Shown here in pieces: positions 48,043-59,751 of a DNA stretch of 64,000 nt. The stretch lies in NCBI GenBank assembly GCA_025558095.1, contig JAIVFI010000033.1:124001-188000 (forward strand), in the 5' to 3' direction. The DNA is from Hyaloraphidium curvatum SAG 235-1 (taxonomy: Eukaryota; Fungi; Monoblepharomycota). Below the pieces are notes generated by a model that was given only the letters and a program-made list of their open reading frames with translations, was not told where the DNA came from and searched no databases. Numbering within the stretch: the stretch's first letter is position 1; each line of letters begins with the position of its first letter. The position numbers and the translations under genes are program-made.

Positions 48043-48906
48043 ATGCAACTCCTCGTCCGCTTCCTCGCCCCGACCTTCGCCTCCTCGTGGCTGCTCGCCC
48101 TCGTGCAATTCCGCCTCGCCCGGGCCGGCGCCCCACCGGCCGCCCTGCTCGCGGCCAAAGTGGCCTACATGTTCGGCCCGCTGCTCGGCGCCCGCATCGC
48201 GCTGGGAGCGGGGTTCGCGGACGCGGCCGGGGTCAAATGGAGGCCCAACGCCGCGTGGCTCGGCGCGTGGCTGCTTCCCCCGGCGCTGGCGCTCGCCGCA
48301 CACGGGGCATCGGCGCTGGTGCCAGGCGTGGAGGCGAGCTACGGCGCGGAAGGGCTCCTGGAGAGGCTCGAGGGGCTGGTCGCGCCCGAGGACGTGGAGA
48401 AGGCGAGGGAGCAGCTGGCAAAGTACCCCCCGGGGAGGCTGCTGCCCCTGGTGCTGTTCCAGGCGCTCCTGGCGGGACCGACGGTCAATGCCGTCGCGGC
48501 CTTCGGCGAGGAGGTGGGCTGGCGAGGCGCGCTGCACCACATGCTCGGTGCCTCGGAGCCGGGCCGGTTCTGGCGCGCGTCGGCCATCACGGGAATCGTC
48601 TGGGGCATCTGGCACGCGCCGCTGATCCTGCAGGGGCACAACTACCCGCGTCATCCTAAATGGGGCGTGCCGATGATGGTGGCCTTCTGCACGCTGCTGT
48701 CGCCGTTGCTGGCGCACTTTCGGATCGCGGGAGGGTCGGTGCTCGCGCCGGCGCTGTTCCACGGGTCGCTCAACGCCAGCGCCGGCCTGTCGGTGATGTT
48801 CCTGAAGGGTGGATCGGACCTGGTTGTTGGATTGACAGGGGCCGCGGGACTGGCGGTGCTGGCGGCGGCCGACGTGTGCCTGTGGTGGATCCGCGGGTTC
48901 CGGTGA
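48043..48906 (+). CDS. CPBP/Abi (type II CAAX protease-like) intramembrane glutamic protease, intronless
   Basis: GEEVGWRG, WGIWHAP, ALFHGSLN. Confidence 0.9.
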   Translation: MQLLVRFLAPTFASSWLLALVQFRLARAGAPPAALLAAKVAYMFGPLLGARIALGAGFADAAGVKWRPNAAWLGAWLLPPALALAAHGASALVPGVEASYGAEGLLERLEGLVAPEDVEKAREQLAKYPPGRLLPLVLFQALLAGPTVNAVAAFGEEVGWRGALHHMLGASEPGRFWRASAITGIVWGIWHAPLILQGHNYPRHPKWGVPMMVAFCTLLSPLLAHFRIAGGSVLAPALFHGSLNASAGLSVMFLKGGSDLVVGLTGAAGLAVLAAADVCLWWIRGFR

Positions 48907-49052
48907 TGGATTGATATTATTGAAGAAGGATCTATTGTAATGTTGAGGGGTTGCGGTTCCTCTTCGGCCGACTGTCCACGCAACTCCCGGCTGAGTGACT
49001 CATCGGTCCCCAAAGTCGAACTCCGCTCGCCTCCCATCTCCGTGTTCCAAAG

Positions 49053-49490
49053 ATGCGCGTGTACCCCGTTGTTACGATCTGCGGCGAAGGCCCCGTCGTC
49101 GTCCTCTCCTCCTCCGCCGAGGCCGCCGCGCTCCGCGCCAAGGACCACTTCGGCCTTCCCCCCGACGCCTTCGGCCCGACGTCGTTCGAGGTCCGCGGCT
49201 CCCCCGACAAGGTCTACGTCGTCGGAAGCTGGGAGCGGGGATGCTGCGCGGGACTGCTCGGCGTCTACGCGGACGAGGGGACGGCCAACGCGGCGGCTGC
49301 GCGGCCGCCCACGCTGGCGCAGATACTGGCGAACCAGGTCGAGAAGGTGGTCAGGGAGTGCCCGGTGTTTGCGACCGTCGCGGAGTACGAAGCGTTCCAG
49401 ACGGATGAGGACGAGAAGGGGAGGGCCGAGTACGAAGCCAGAGTGGCCGAGAGGAAGAAGAAGCAGAAGGCCGCACGCGACGCGGTTTGA
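49053..49490 (+). CDS. Hypothetical protein (145 aa)
   Basis: Intronless ORF with coding-like codon usage and a charged C-terminal helix. Confidence 0.55.
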   Translation: MRVYPVVTICGEGPVVVLSSSAEAAALRAKDHFGLPPDAFGPTSFEVRGSPDKVYVVGSWERGCCAGLLGVYADEGTANAAAARPPTLAQILANQVEKVVRECPVFATVAEYEAFQTDEDEKGRAEYEARVAERKKKQKAARDAV

Positions 49491-49952
49491 TCTCTGGTGG
49501 GATCGCAGTCATTGCCACCGCATGATCAGATTGACAGGATGCTGACTCGTTTCCGCTCCAGATGCGAAGGTGCCGGAACTGAAGTCGGCCGGAACGAGGC
49601 CGGGCGATTGGGCGAGTGCGGACATGAATCAGATCAAATGGAGGCGATGCCCGTAGAATTCAATCAGGGAGGATCAACACCTATCTGGCGCAATGTCGAT
49701 CGCGGGAACTCGCACGGCTAAGGACCTTGACGCCCCCGTTCATTGCTGGCTTCGTCTTTCGTCCCCGTTTTGGTTGGCAGTGCTGCCGGCGGCCCACATG
49801 AAGGTTCCGGCGAAGGATTACGACCTCGTGGGCTGGAACATGGCGCTCCATACCATATAGGACATCGTAAACGCGTGATCGGCTGCCTCACGGGACCGGC
49901 GGCGGGACTGCGGTCGCCCACCGTCTCCTTTCATCTCGTCCGCCCCCCCAAA

Positions 49953-52900
49953 ATGGACGAGGACTTTTCGGCGCCGACGCAGCGCGGCCCCCGCGCGCCG
50001 CCGGTCTCGGTCTCGGCACCGGTATTGCCGGCTGTCGTGATCCAGCCGGTTTTCGGCGCCGGCGGGCTCGTCGAGACGCGTCCGCCGCCGTCGGCGCAGT
50101 CCGCGCGGGCGCCGTCGCCGCCGCCCGCGAAGCCGCCGGAAAAACAGCGGCGATCGAACGACGCGCCGCGGCGGCCGCCGGACCCGCCGCCGATCGCCGT
50201 GGGGGGCCGGAACATGCTGGGCCGCGGTTGGGGCAAGCTCAAGGCCGCGGTCAAGGGCGCCCCGGCCTTCTCGCCCGTTACGTCGCGGGCAAAGGACATG
50301 CCGGAGGACTCGGATTCGGACGCGTCGGATAGGGAGCGCGATTCCGAGGATGTGGAAAGGGACAAGGACACCCAGCTGCTGAAGGTCTGGGAGGACGACG
50401 GCCCGGCCTCGGGCAAGAAGCTGTTCGGGAGCAAGGGCGATGAGGGCGAAAAGGTCGAAGGCGGCGAAGGCAGAGAATGGAAGGTCCGCTATTTGGCCGT
50501 GACCGGTGGGTGGTAGCGACCGCGCTGCCGCGAGACGCGTCCCAACGGTGCCGCCCAACTTCCCAGGCCTCACGTCGGCGCACCCGATACTGCACAAGCT
50601 GCGCCTGGTCGTCTCGTCGGATCCGACTTCTGGCCTCGTGCCCGTGCACTCGTGGCCGCTCTCGTCGCTTCGCTCCATCGCGCTCTACTCGACCCCGCGC
50701 TCGAGCTTCATCGTCTCTTTCGCGGGCAGCAAGCGCCTTGGCTTCCAGGAGGCCAAGGAATACGTGTGGGTGGCCGAGGCCGACGACAAGAGGGGCGAGT
50801 TTTTGCGGACCGTGTGGGGCGCCATGACCGCGGACGAGAAGCGCGCCGTCAAGCTCGACGGGTGCGACTCGGATTTCGGGCTCCCGCCCATGGACAAGTC
50901 GGAGCAGCAGCGCGAACGCGAGCGCGAGAGGGAGCGCGAGCGGCGGCGTGAGGCCGAGCGGGAAAAGGCACCCGCAGCGGCTTCCACCCTCTCGCGAAAG
51001 CAGCGGCCCGCCGCGCAACCCGCTGCGACCCCCACCACTCCCGCCCCGGAATCCGCCGCCCCGTCGCAGGTCTCACCCAGCCCTTCCCCGCGCTCCACCT
51101 CCCTCAAGCCTGCCTCCCCGGTGCCGCCCTCGGCCGCGTCTTCCGCCCAGGGGGACTATCTTTCGCACGCGACTTTGGCCCCCCGTACCACCTCACTTCG
51201 CGGGGGAACGCCCACCACCCCCGCCGCCTCCCCCTTCTCCGCGCCTGGGGCACCGCCGCCCCCGCAGGACGACGAGGACGAGGAGTACGATCTCAACCTG
51301 CTCCTCAGCGCCGCGGACCGCCTGCTGGCGCGACAGCACCTTATGCCCCCACCCGCCCCATCGGAAACGTTGCCCGATCTGTCCGAGGTGCTCGCCACCT
51401 TCGACTTTCGGCCCGGCGGCGACGCGCGCGAGCTCGCGGCCCGGGTGGCCTCCGAAGCCGACGCCCTCGAGCGGGGCAACGCATGGGCGCTTCTGCATTC
51501 CCACGCCGAGGAACCCGCTCTGGACCGGGCCGTCGCCCGCGCGACGGAGGAGCTCGGCAAAGTCGAGGACAGGTACCTCCGCGCCTACGCCGAGAAGCTG
51601 GGCGGAATGGGCGCCGACGTGCGCGCGATCGAGCGGCGCAACAGGCGGGAGGGCACCGCGAGGGACAACATGGAGCGGCTGCTCAAAGAGACGCAGGGGC
51701 TGCTTGCCCGGTTGCGGCTGCCAGAGGGGCTGGTGGAAACGCTGCGGACCGCGGATCTGGGGGATGCCGCAGGGAGGGAGGCAGCGGTGCGGTTCGCGAG
51801 GGTGCTCTGGGCGCGCACGGGGGAGGATTTCGGGCAGCTGGCGTCGATGCGGGCCGTGCGGGACCGACGGACCGAGTGGGCGGGGTATGTGCGCGAGTTC
51901 GGCGTGCGCATTGGTAGGCACGTAGGCGGGGATTGTGAGCGGGCGCTGGCTGCGCACAGCAAGGCGGTGGCGGTGGGGAAGGGGACACCGCCGAGGGTGC
52001 CGGTGGCGAGACTAGCTGAGGCTCTTGGAGGCTACAGGGAGCTGCTGCAGTGGCTGCGGGAGGCGGATCCGAGGGCGCACTACGAGGTTCTTGGCGGCTA
52101 CGTGGAGAAGGTGGGGGCGTTTTACGACAAAGAGGTCAAGAGGTTCGCCGGGGACGTGCGGGGCGGCATGGGTGGGAAAGGCAACCTCGCCTACGGTGGG
52201 TCCCATTAGCATTCCTTCAAACGAAGCGGCGCTCACCCCCTGCCAGTCTTTGCGCCCGAGCAGCAGACCTCGGCGCCGACCGTCACCATCTCGTCCAACA
52301 TCAAGCAGACCTCGTCCGCCATCAAGGACTTTTCCGCCACCCTCACCCGCAAGACGGTCGAGGGCATCAAGGACAGCTCGGGCACCTTTCTGGCAACGCT
52401 CAAGCGCGGGGCCAAGCTCGACGTGCGCGCGCTGGAGGCCGCCAACGCGAGCGCGGGCGCGACGCCGCGCGCGAGCATGGATGCGGATCGCATGAGCGTG
52501 GCGACGAAGGAGACGAGGGGCAGAGAGGACGGGGACATTGACGAGGAGGGCACGACCGGGGACGAGGTGCGTGGATTGCCCAATATTGCTGGCGACTTTG
52601 CTCATAGCATCTTCAGGCGATGGAGATGGTGCTGACGGCCGTTGCGCCGCCGCTGGTGCAGCAGCAGGCCTTCATCACGGAGCTGTTTGAGCTCGAGACC
52701 AAGCGGGACGCAACGCTGACCAAGCAGCAGACCCAGGGCTCCGTGAACGGCGACGCGTCGAACGGTATAAGCAGGTCGGTGTCCAAGAAGGACATCAAGT
52801 GGCAGAAGCGCGTCGCGTGGGTGCTTTGCTCGTACTCTAGTCGGCCTGGCTGACCTGCATGGGCGCAGCGAGACAATGGACCGCTTCGTCCCTTCGCTCG

Positions 52901-54101
52901 TCCCCGAGCTCGTCCTCATTCTCGACACCGCCGTTCGCCGCGACCCCACATCCTCCCTCGGCGTCCTTGTTGTCGTCGAAAAGCACCAGGCCCTGGTCGC
53001 TGCCGCCGCTCTGCAGGGCGTGCCGCCGTCGCATTGGATGCTCGGCGTGCTGAACCGGACCGGGGACAAGGCCAAGGAGGCCTTTGCGAGATTCCTCGAT
53101 TCGCAGGTGGCCATCATTGAGGAGACCAAGGGAATGAACCGGAAGAAGATCGGCATCTTCGACTTTGTCCGGACTTTTCCGGTGGGCTTTACAGGTCGGC
53201 TCGTTCAAGACGTGGCTCACACTCCACCCAGCTCTTTGTCGACCGCATGGAGTCCCTCCTCGCCCTCAACCCCAACGCACCGCAGGACCCTGCGCCCCCG
53301 TCTCGGCAGGCCATCGCGGGGGCGTACGACCGCATCTCCCGGGCCATGTTTGACTCCCTGGACGCCATCTCGCGCGAGGTCGAGAAGGCGGCGCGGCAGG
53401 AGGAGGACGAGGGGAGGCGGTACGGGTCCAAGGCGGCCGGTGGAGGGGAGGAGGACACGGTTATTGTGCACGTTCTGCACATCCGTGGGAGTCGCGGATT
53501 TTTCGGCTGCGAGCTGTGGCTGACGTCTTGGGGTTTCCAGAGAACATGCACCACCTCTCGTCCGAACTGCGCTTCCGCAAGATACCCTCCCTCGAGCCCT
53601 GCGTCAAGCGCGCCAAGGGGCTATACGAGTACCACCTGGCGGCCTACACCAAGGTCGTCGTCCGGCGGCCCCTCGGGAAGCTCCTCGAGTTCTTTGACGG
53701 CGTTGACGAGATGGTGCGGAATGGCGCCGAGCGCGAGGTCGCATTCCGGCAGGCGTATAGCAAAGGTGCGCTCCGTGACCTCGTCAAGAAGTACCCCGGC
53801 AAGGAGGTGGGTCGCTGCAACGAGCCCGAATCTGTGACAAAGGCTGACCTCCCCCCGCGCCCTCCAGATCCGCAAATCCCTCGAAGTGCTCTACAAGCGC
53901 GTGGAGAAGCACTTCACGGAGGACGACTCGACGTCATCGCTCATGCAGGTCGTGTGGCGCAACATCCAGGAGGACTTCATAAAGCGCCATGCGCTCTTTG
54001 AGGAGCTCATCGCGCGCTGCTACCCGGGGTCGCAGATCCACCTCGAGTTCACCGTGCAGGACCTGCTGGGCTACTTCTCCGAGCTCGCGCGGTCCCACTG
54101 A
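49953..54101 (+). CDS. SEC3: Exocyst subunit Sec3/EXOC1, multi-exon
   Basis: N-terminal PH-like region (RYLAVT, SWPLSSL), coiled coil, C-terminal ENMHH, RPLGKLLEFFDGV, LYKRVEKHF, LMQVVW, CYPG. Confidence 0.92.
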
Positions 54102-54771
54102 TACCCTTGAGGGAAGGAATACCCGGAACGGAAGGACGGTGCCTAAGCTAAACCAGGGTCGGGCCGCGATATCTTTGGTGGTCGATAAATTTCGTTTTTG
54201 CTGGCCGCTGCGTGCCCAGTTACAGCCTGGCCTGGCCGTTCTCCGCCCGGATCCGGTCGAAGAAGGCGCCGATCATGTCCCCCAGCTCGTCCCTCACGTT
54301 CTTGTCCTGCAGCACCCAGTGGCCCCCCGGCACCGAGGCCGGCTCGAAGCGCGGGATGAATGCCTTCATCCGGTCCAGGACGTCCTGCTTGGCAATCGGG
54401 TCGTGCGTCGGGATGACCTGTGGGTACTCGCATCAGCACAAGCGAGTTTGGGAGCGGCATCGCCGGGCGAGGCACCCACGCAGAAGACCGGCATCCCGAT
54501 CGTCTTCCCCATTATTGCCCGCTCGTCCTCCCAATCCTCCCGTTTCGTGCGGTAAAACTGAAGGCTGCCGTTAAAGGAACCCTGGTCGTCCTTCCACGTT
54601 CGGAAATATTCGTCCAGCTCGGACGACAGCATCAGCTTGGTCCGCGGCATGTTCGGGTCGAGGCCCTCGAAGTACGAGCGCGTCGGGGAGGCGAGCTTGA
54701 ACACGTTTACCGGCAGCCGCTCTGCGATCCGTCAGCGAAAAGCAGGACCGGCACGCACCGTGTCCCACCAT

Positions 54772-55952
54772 TGAAGCGCCGAACGCAGGCCGGCGCGCCA
54801 AGGACGTCTCCCATGACCCCGTGCTGTTTGCCAAGCAGCAGAAGCGGAAGGCCTGGGACGAGCAGAGGCGGGGCGCGAGGCGTGAAGCGGCGGCCGCTCA
54901 GGGCTTGACGACCTGGGAGGCCAAGACCGAGAAGGAGAAAGCCCAGGAGCTGCAGGCCACCGCCAACTCGAAGGCGAGGAAGCAGGAGGCGATCGAGCAG
55001 GGCCTGGTGAGTCACGCAGATGACCGGTCCTGATCAGCCGACGTACCGTCGCACAGCTCGCTCCCCGCACCACGGGCAACCAGCGCAAGATGGAATACGA
55101 CTACGACCTGTGCACCGAGCGCCGCATGCTCAAGGACTGGATCAGGCTTGTCCTGGTGGGTGCCCGCTTTCCCTGTCTGATGTCCTCATGCTGACTCTAG
55201 GCCAGTGGCTCGAGCAAGATGGCAAGTGCGCGGGCTGCGGTGGGCCGCTCGAGGACCTGATCTTCGACTGCAACCACGCACTGGACCAGGTGAATCTGAA
55301 CCGCGCCGATCTTCTCGCTGCCCATTACCCCTTTCGCTCCCAGAAGCAGTTCAGGCTCGCCTCAGCCAACAGCCGCCGAGCGAGCGACACCATACTCGAG
55401 GGGCCAAAGACGGACCTGCGACACGTCATCTGCCACAAGCTCGAGACCCGGCGCCAGGCGAAAGAAGGAGAGATCAAAGGCGGTCAGTCTGGTTACTCGC
55501 TGGGGAACGGGCCGGCTCAACAGAAAAAGTGATGTATTCAATCCAACCAGATCCGCAGTGGGCGCCGCCGTCCGAGAGGCCGACGAGGCGTAGGCGATCG
55601 CGGCAGAGTCTGCGCGGTCGACGGCGTCGGTGACGTCCGCGGGGAGGGCTGCGTGGATCAGGTCGACGGCCTCGAGGAGGGCCGCGCGGCGGCGCAGGGC
55701 CTCGGCCATGCGCTGGTCCTGTGCGGGGACGCCCCGCCAGGTGGGCCAGGAGGTCGAGCTGCCGCAGCCCGGCGGTGTCCCGCAGCCACGCCGAGTAGTC
55801 CGAGACCTTCTGCAGCAGCTGGGCCAGCGGCGGGTGCTGCAGCAGGAGGCCGCCGTCTTCCTTGATGCGGCCGAAGCACAGCGCGAGCACGCGGGCGCGT
55901 ACTGGGGGCCGGCGGCGGGGTCGGCGTCTGCGTCGCGCCAGAAGCGCTCCAT
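54772..55952. mobile_element. Insertion flanked by CCAT direct repeats, carrying an HNH gene and a degenerate convergent ORF
   Basis: CCAT at 54768-54771 and 55949-55952; interrupts the hydrolase exon; whether it is mobile is unproven. Confidence 0.7.
54773..55532 (+). CDS. HNH (His-Me finger) endonuclease-like protein, 5'-truncated, three introns
   Basis: Spliced WLEQDGKCAGCGGPL...FDCNHALDQ|KQFRLAS...EGPKTDLRHVICHKLET; introns 55007-55056, 55156-55205, 55290-55343. Confidence 0.7.
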
Positions 55953-57105
55953 AAACATGCTCCTCAGGAACAGCTCCAAATTGGCCGCGATCTCCGCCTC
56001 GGCGTCGTCCCGGCAGAAGTAGAGCTGGTAGTTGAGCCTCGACGTGATCTTCTGCGCCTCCTCCAGGCTCTGGTGCTCTTCCCGCGGCGGCTCGTACGCC
56101 GCGCAGATGGGCGCCACCGCGAAGCACCGCTCCGGGTAGTAGAGGACGAACCGCCACGCGGTGAAGGCGCCCCAGTCGTGGCCCACGACGTACGCCCGCT
56201 TCACTCCGGCCCAGTCCAGCAGCGCGGCGGCGCCGTCGCAGCGCGCCTTGGTGGAGTAGTAACGGCGGCGGGTTGAAATGTCGGCGTTGACAACCTGCGG
56301 GGCGATGGTGCGGCCGCAGCTGTGTGCAGATGGTCAGCAGGAGGCGGCGGCACGCGTCGGTCCGACGAACCCAGGAAAGTCGGGCACCAGAACGCGGTAA
56401 CCCCTCCGCGTCATGTGCGGCGCGAAATGTCGGTAGCCGTACGAGTGGTCGGGGAACCCGTGCATGCAGATCACTGTCGGCGTCGCGTCCGGCTTGGCCG
56501 CATCGAACCCGCGCGGCCGGAAGTCGAGGTAGTGCCACGTGAGACCATTGTGCGGGAACGTTGCCCGGGGGAGCGTGGAGGGGTCAAAGGGGTCTACAAT
56601 TGGGCCGGTTGAATGCCAAGGAGGGAGATGGGGTGCAGGGAGCGGTTGCCGGGACCGGGGAGGCACATGCCGCGAAGAGCGAGGGCGCGAAGCCGAGAGA
56701 CGGCTCAATCTCGCGGAATCGCGACGAGCGCGGAGAAAACGCACTGTAGCACGTATGCGGGGCGGACATGTCGGGCAGGCGCAACGTACGCGCGACGCGG
56801 GAGACGCTGGAGTCCGATTTTAGCCGATCGCGCCTGGCGTCTCGAAGGCTTCGACCCAGGGCTCGCCCGAATCTCTGCCCGATCACGGGCTGAACCCCGC
56901 GACGAAGGGCTCGATCATAAACAATACACCGCATCGAAACAATCTGCGTCTCCGCACCCGCACTCGGGGTGGTTCCCGCGCCGGCCATCGCCGCCCTCTC
57001 CAGCGACCGCACCGTCAGATCTCAAGCCACGTCCACGCGCACACCATCCGCGAGATCTCGAACGGGTCCGCGGCCTTGAGCGTTTCTGACGGGGCAATCA
57101 CCATG

Positions 57106-58209
57106 TCAGCCGTGCATGGGTTTCCGGGCACGCAGTCCGGCCAACTCACTCCGCAAATCGTCCCACGCGATCCAGGGAACCGCCCCCCGCGCCCTCCTCT
57201 CCTCGGCCAGCGCCGCCTCCCTCCTCCTCATCTCCCCCTCCAACATTTCCGCCTCCCGCGCCCTGTCCTCCAACCGCTTCCGCAGCGCCCCCGCCTCCCT
57301 CGTCGCCTCCGCCCACCCGGCCTCCGCCACCCCCTTGGCCTCTTCGGCATGCGCGGCGGCCACCCGCGCCGCGGCCCATCCCGCGTGCGCTAGCTCGGCG
57401 CGGTGCCGCTCCCGCGCCAGCAGCCCCTCGCACGCCTCGAGGGATTCCCGCATGCGCGCGAGCGCGGAATGGAGTTCGGTTTCGCGGGCGCGCAGTCCGG
57501 CGCCGCGGGATTCCAGGCGGCTCGCGGCAGCGAGCGCGGACGAAAGTTGCTCCCGGATCGCCAGCAGCTCGGCCTGCGACGCGGCCAGCCTGTCCTCTGC
57601 GCCCGCCCGCGCGGTCCGCTCCTCCGCGACCTCGCCCGCCAGCCTCTCCAGCTCCCCCCGCGCCCTCTCCGCCTCCTCCCGCGAGGCCTTTGCCTCCCAC
57701 GGTTCCATGGGCCTGTACGCCCCTGCGCCGTCGGCCAGCAGCCTGAGCACCTTTTTCGCCGCCAGCCGCGCGGCGCCGGCGTGCCACGCCGCGTCGGGGG
57801 GGCCGAGGAGGAACCCGTGGAACGCCTCGAGCACCGCCGCCGGACAGTCCGAATCGGTGTACCGTTTATCGAGGGCGCCGTCGAGGAAGCGCGCGAGGGA
57901 TTCGGGGTGGCCCGGGGCCGAGGGCAGCGAGCGGAAGGCGAGGCGGCCGCCCCACCCCGCCCTGGCCGCGACCACCTCCCGCGGAGCACACAGGACGGCC
58001 TCCAGCATCAGCCCCGTGTCCTCGGCCATCTGCTTCCGCAGGGGGGCGGGGAGCAGCCACCCGGCGGGTTCGTGGGCGCGGCGGCACCAACGCGCGACGC
58101 GGGCGGCGGCGTCGGCGGGGACCCCTGCGGGGCGGCGGCCGGGCAGCGGCGGGGCGGAGAGCGGGGACGGCGGGGGCGTCGTCGGAGAGCGGGGAAAGGC
58201 GGGATCCAT
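57106..58209 (-). CDS. Hypothetical coiled-coil protein (3' end may extend via introns to ~56915)
   Basis: Pro-rich start, helical domain, long Ala/Glu/Arg heptad region. Confidence 0.6.
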   Translation of the reverse strand: MDPAFPRSPTTPPPSPLSAPPLPGRRPAGVPADAAARVARWCRRAHEPAGWLLPAPLRKQMAEDTGLMLEAVLCAPREVVAARAGWGGRLAFRSLPSAPGHPESLARFLDGALDKRYTDSDCPAAVLEAFHGFLLGPPDAAWHAGAARLAAKKVLRLLADGAGAYRPMEPWEAKASREEAERARGELERLAGEVAEERTARAGAEDRLAASQAELLAIREQLSSALAAASRLESRGAGLRARETELHSALARMRESLEACEGLLARERHRAELAHAGWAAARVAAAHAEEAKGVAEAGWAEATREAGALRKRLEDRAREAEMLEGEMRRREAALAEERRARGAVPWIAWDDLRSELAGLRARKPMHG

Positions 58210-58674
58210 CGCTCGCTGCTGCCCTGCTGACTTTAGCGTGGCAGCGGGGACCCTGGTGGGCCGATGCCGCCGACGAATCCTTGGCCCGTGATCGCCCGAC
58301 ACCCCGACGAGGAAACGCCCGTGCATCCGCGATGCATTGCAGTAGATGGTGCAGTCGTCCATCACATGTGTGGCCGTCTGTCTGTTCCGCAGGAGCGTGC
58401 GTCGCCCGGTGCCGGCCCAGGTTCCGGCCCCGCGCCGCCGTCTGGTCGCCCGCTCCGTCCAGCTCCCCATCCCGGCCGCGGGCCACGAATCGCGGCCTCC
58501 GAGCCCGCAAAGCCGATCAGAACACCCGCATCGTCGCAATTACCCACCTGTCCGCCCGCTGCGGCCCGCATTCACTCGCATCTCCACCGCCCGCGGGCCG
58601 CACCAGCTGTCCCACCTCCGCCATTTCAACCCCCGGAGGACGGGCGATTCCCACGACACCGACCCGCTTCCACA

Positions 58675-59623
58675 ATGGCGAACGCCTACCGCGCGTATTC
58701 CGACGCCGCGTCCTTCCTCGCCGCCGCCTCCCCCGCGCTGCTCGCCTCCCCGCTGTTCAATCAGCTCCCGCTCGCGCTGCCCACGCTGTCCTCCTCCGAC
58801 CCCGTTCGCTTCCCCGACGTGCGCTTGCGCACGCTGCACGCGCCCGATGGTGCCTTGCGCGGTGCCGTGGTGCACACCCCTCCCTACGCGGCCAACCTGT
58901 CGCTCATGGCCGCGGAAGACGCGCGCGAGATGGGCCGCGCCTACGCCGCCGAGTTTGCGCTGCCGGCCGGCTTCTCCTGCGTCGGGGAGGACGCCGCCGC
59001 GCGCGCGTTCGCCGACGGCGCGCTGGACGCGCTGCAGGCGATGGGCCGGACCGCGCGGGTTGAGGCGGAGGACCGGCAGGGCCTGTGGAAGCTCACCGCC
59101 GTCGCACCCCCCGCACCCCCTCCCGCCCTCGGGAAGATGAGGCCCGCGACGGCCGACGACGCGGAACTGCTCCAGCGATGGCTGGAAGCATTCACCGCCG
59201 AGGCCGTGCCGCACGATCCTCCCCCCGCGCCCGGGCGGGGCGCCGCCCTCGCCGCGCGGGGGGGCGCGCGGCTGTGGGTGCTGCCGGACGGCACGCCGGT
59301 GTGCTTCGCGACGTTCGGGAGGGACGTGGCGGGGTGGGTTTCCGTGGGGCCGGTGTACACGCCGCGGGAGAGGAGGGGGAGGGGGTATGCCGGGGCGCTG
59401 GTGGCGGAGATGGGGAGGGAGGCGTTGAAGCAGGGGAGGCCGGGGTGCACGCTGTTTACCGATCTGGCGAATCCGACGTCGAACGGGGTCTACAAGAGGG
59501 TGGGGTACGAGGTGGGTGGCCGGCTTGGGCGTCGTGGGCGGACGTAGCTGACCGCAGCGCCAGATGGTCGGGACGTTGACGAGGTTCAAGGTGGCGGTCG
59601 AGGACGGGAAAGCGGAGGCGTAG
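58675..59623 (+). CDS. Bacterial-type GNAT acetyltransferase (FR47-like C-terminal domain)
   Basis: VGPVYTP...RGRGYAGALV...LFTDLANPTSN.VYKRVGY; intron 59512-59563. Confidence 0.88.
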
Positions 59624-59751
59624 ATTACGCTCAGGAGGTCGATGGACGTGAATCGTAGTTGAATCGCGAGTTCCGATCTATGCCTCCCGCGGCCGGCCGC
59701 GGGTCCAACCTCCGCCCAAGCACCCATTCTCCGGCACCCACGACCACCCCG

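Larger units (their letters stand above)
54220..56769 (-). pseudogene. Soluble epoxide hydrolase (alpha/beta hydrolase) split by a 1.18-kb insertion
   Basis: N-half HGFPD, GHDWG, NYQLYF, LRSMFM; C-half MVGHERLP, QFYR, THDP, GGHW; removing 54772-55952 restores the frame. Confidence 0.85.

Noticed and set aside
54772-55952. Insertion as a normal spliceosomal or group I intron hosting a homing endonuclease
   Set aside because: No GT/AG at the boundaries on the host strand, the internal GTACGC donor is out of phase with the downstream acceptor, and no group I core was recognised
17419-59623. Bacterial contamination or chimeric contig
   Set aside because: Most bacterial-type genes contain spliceosomal introns and alternate with clearly eukaryotic genes
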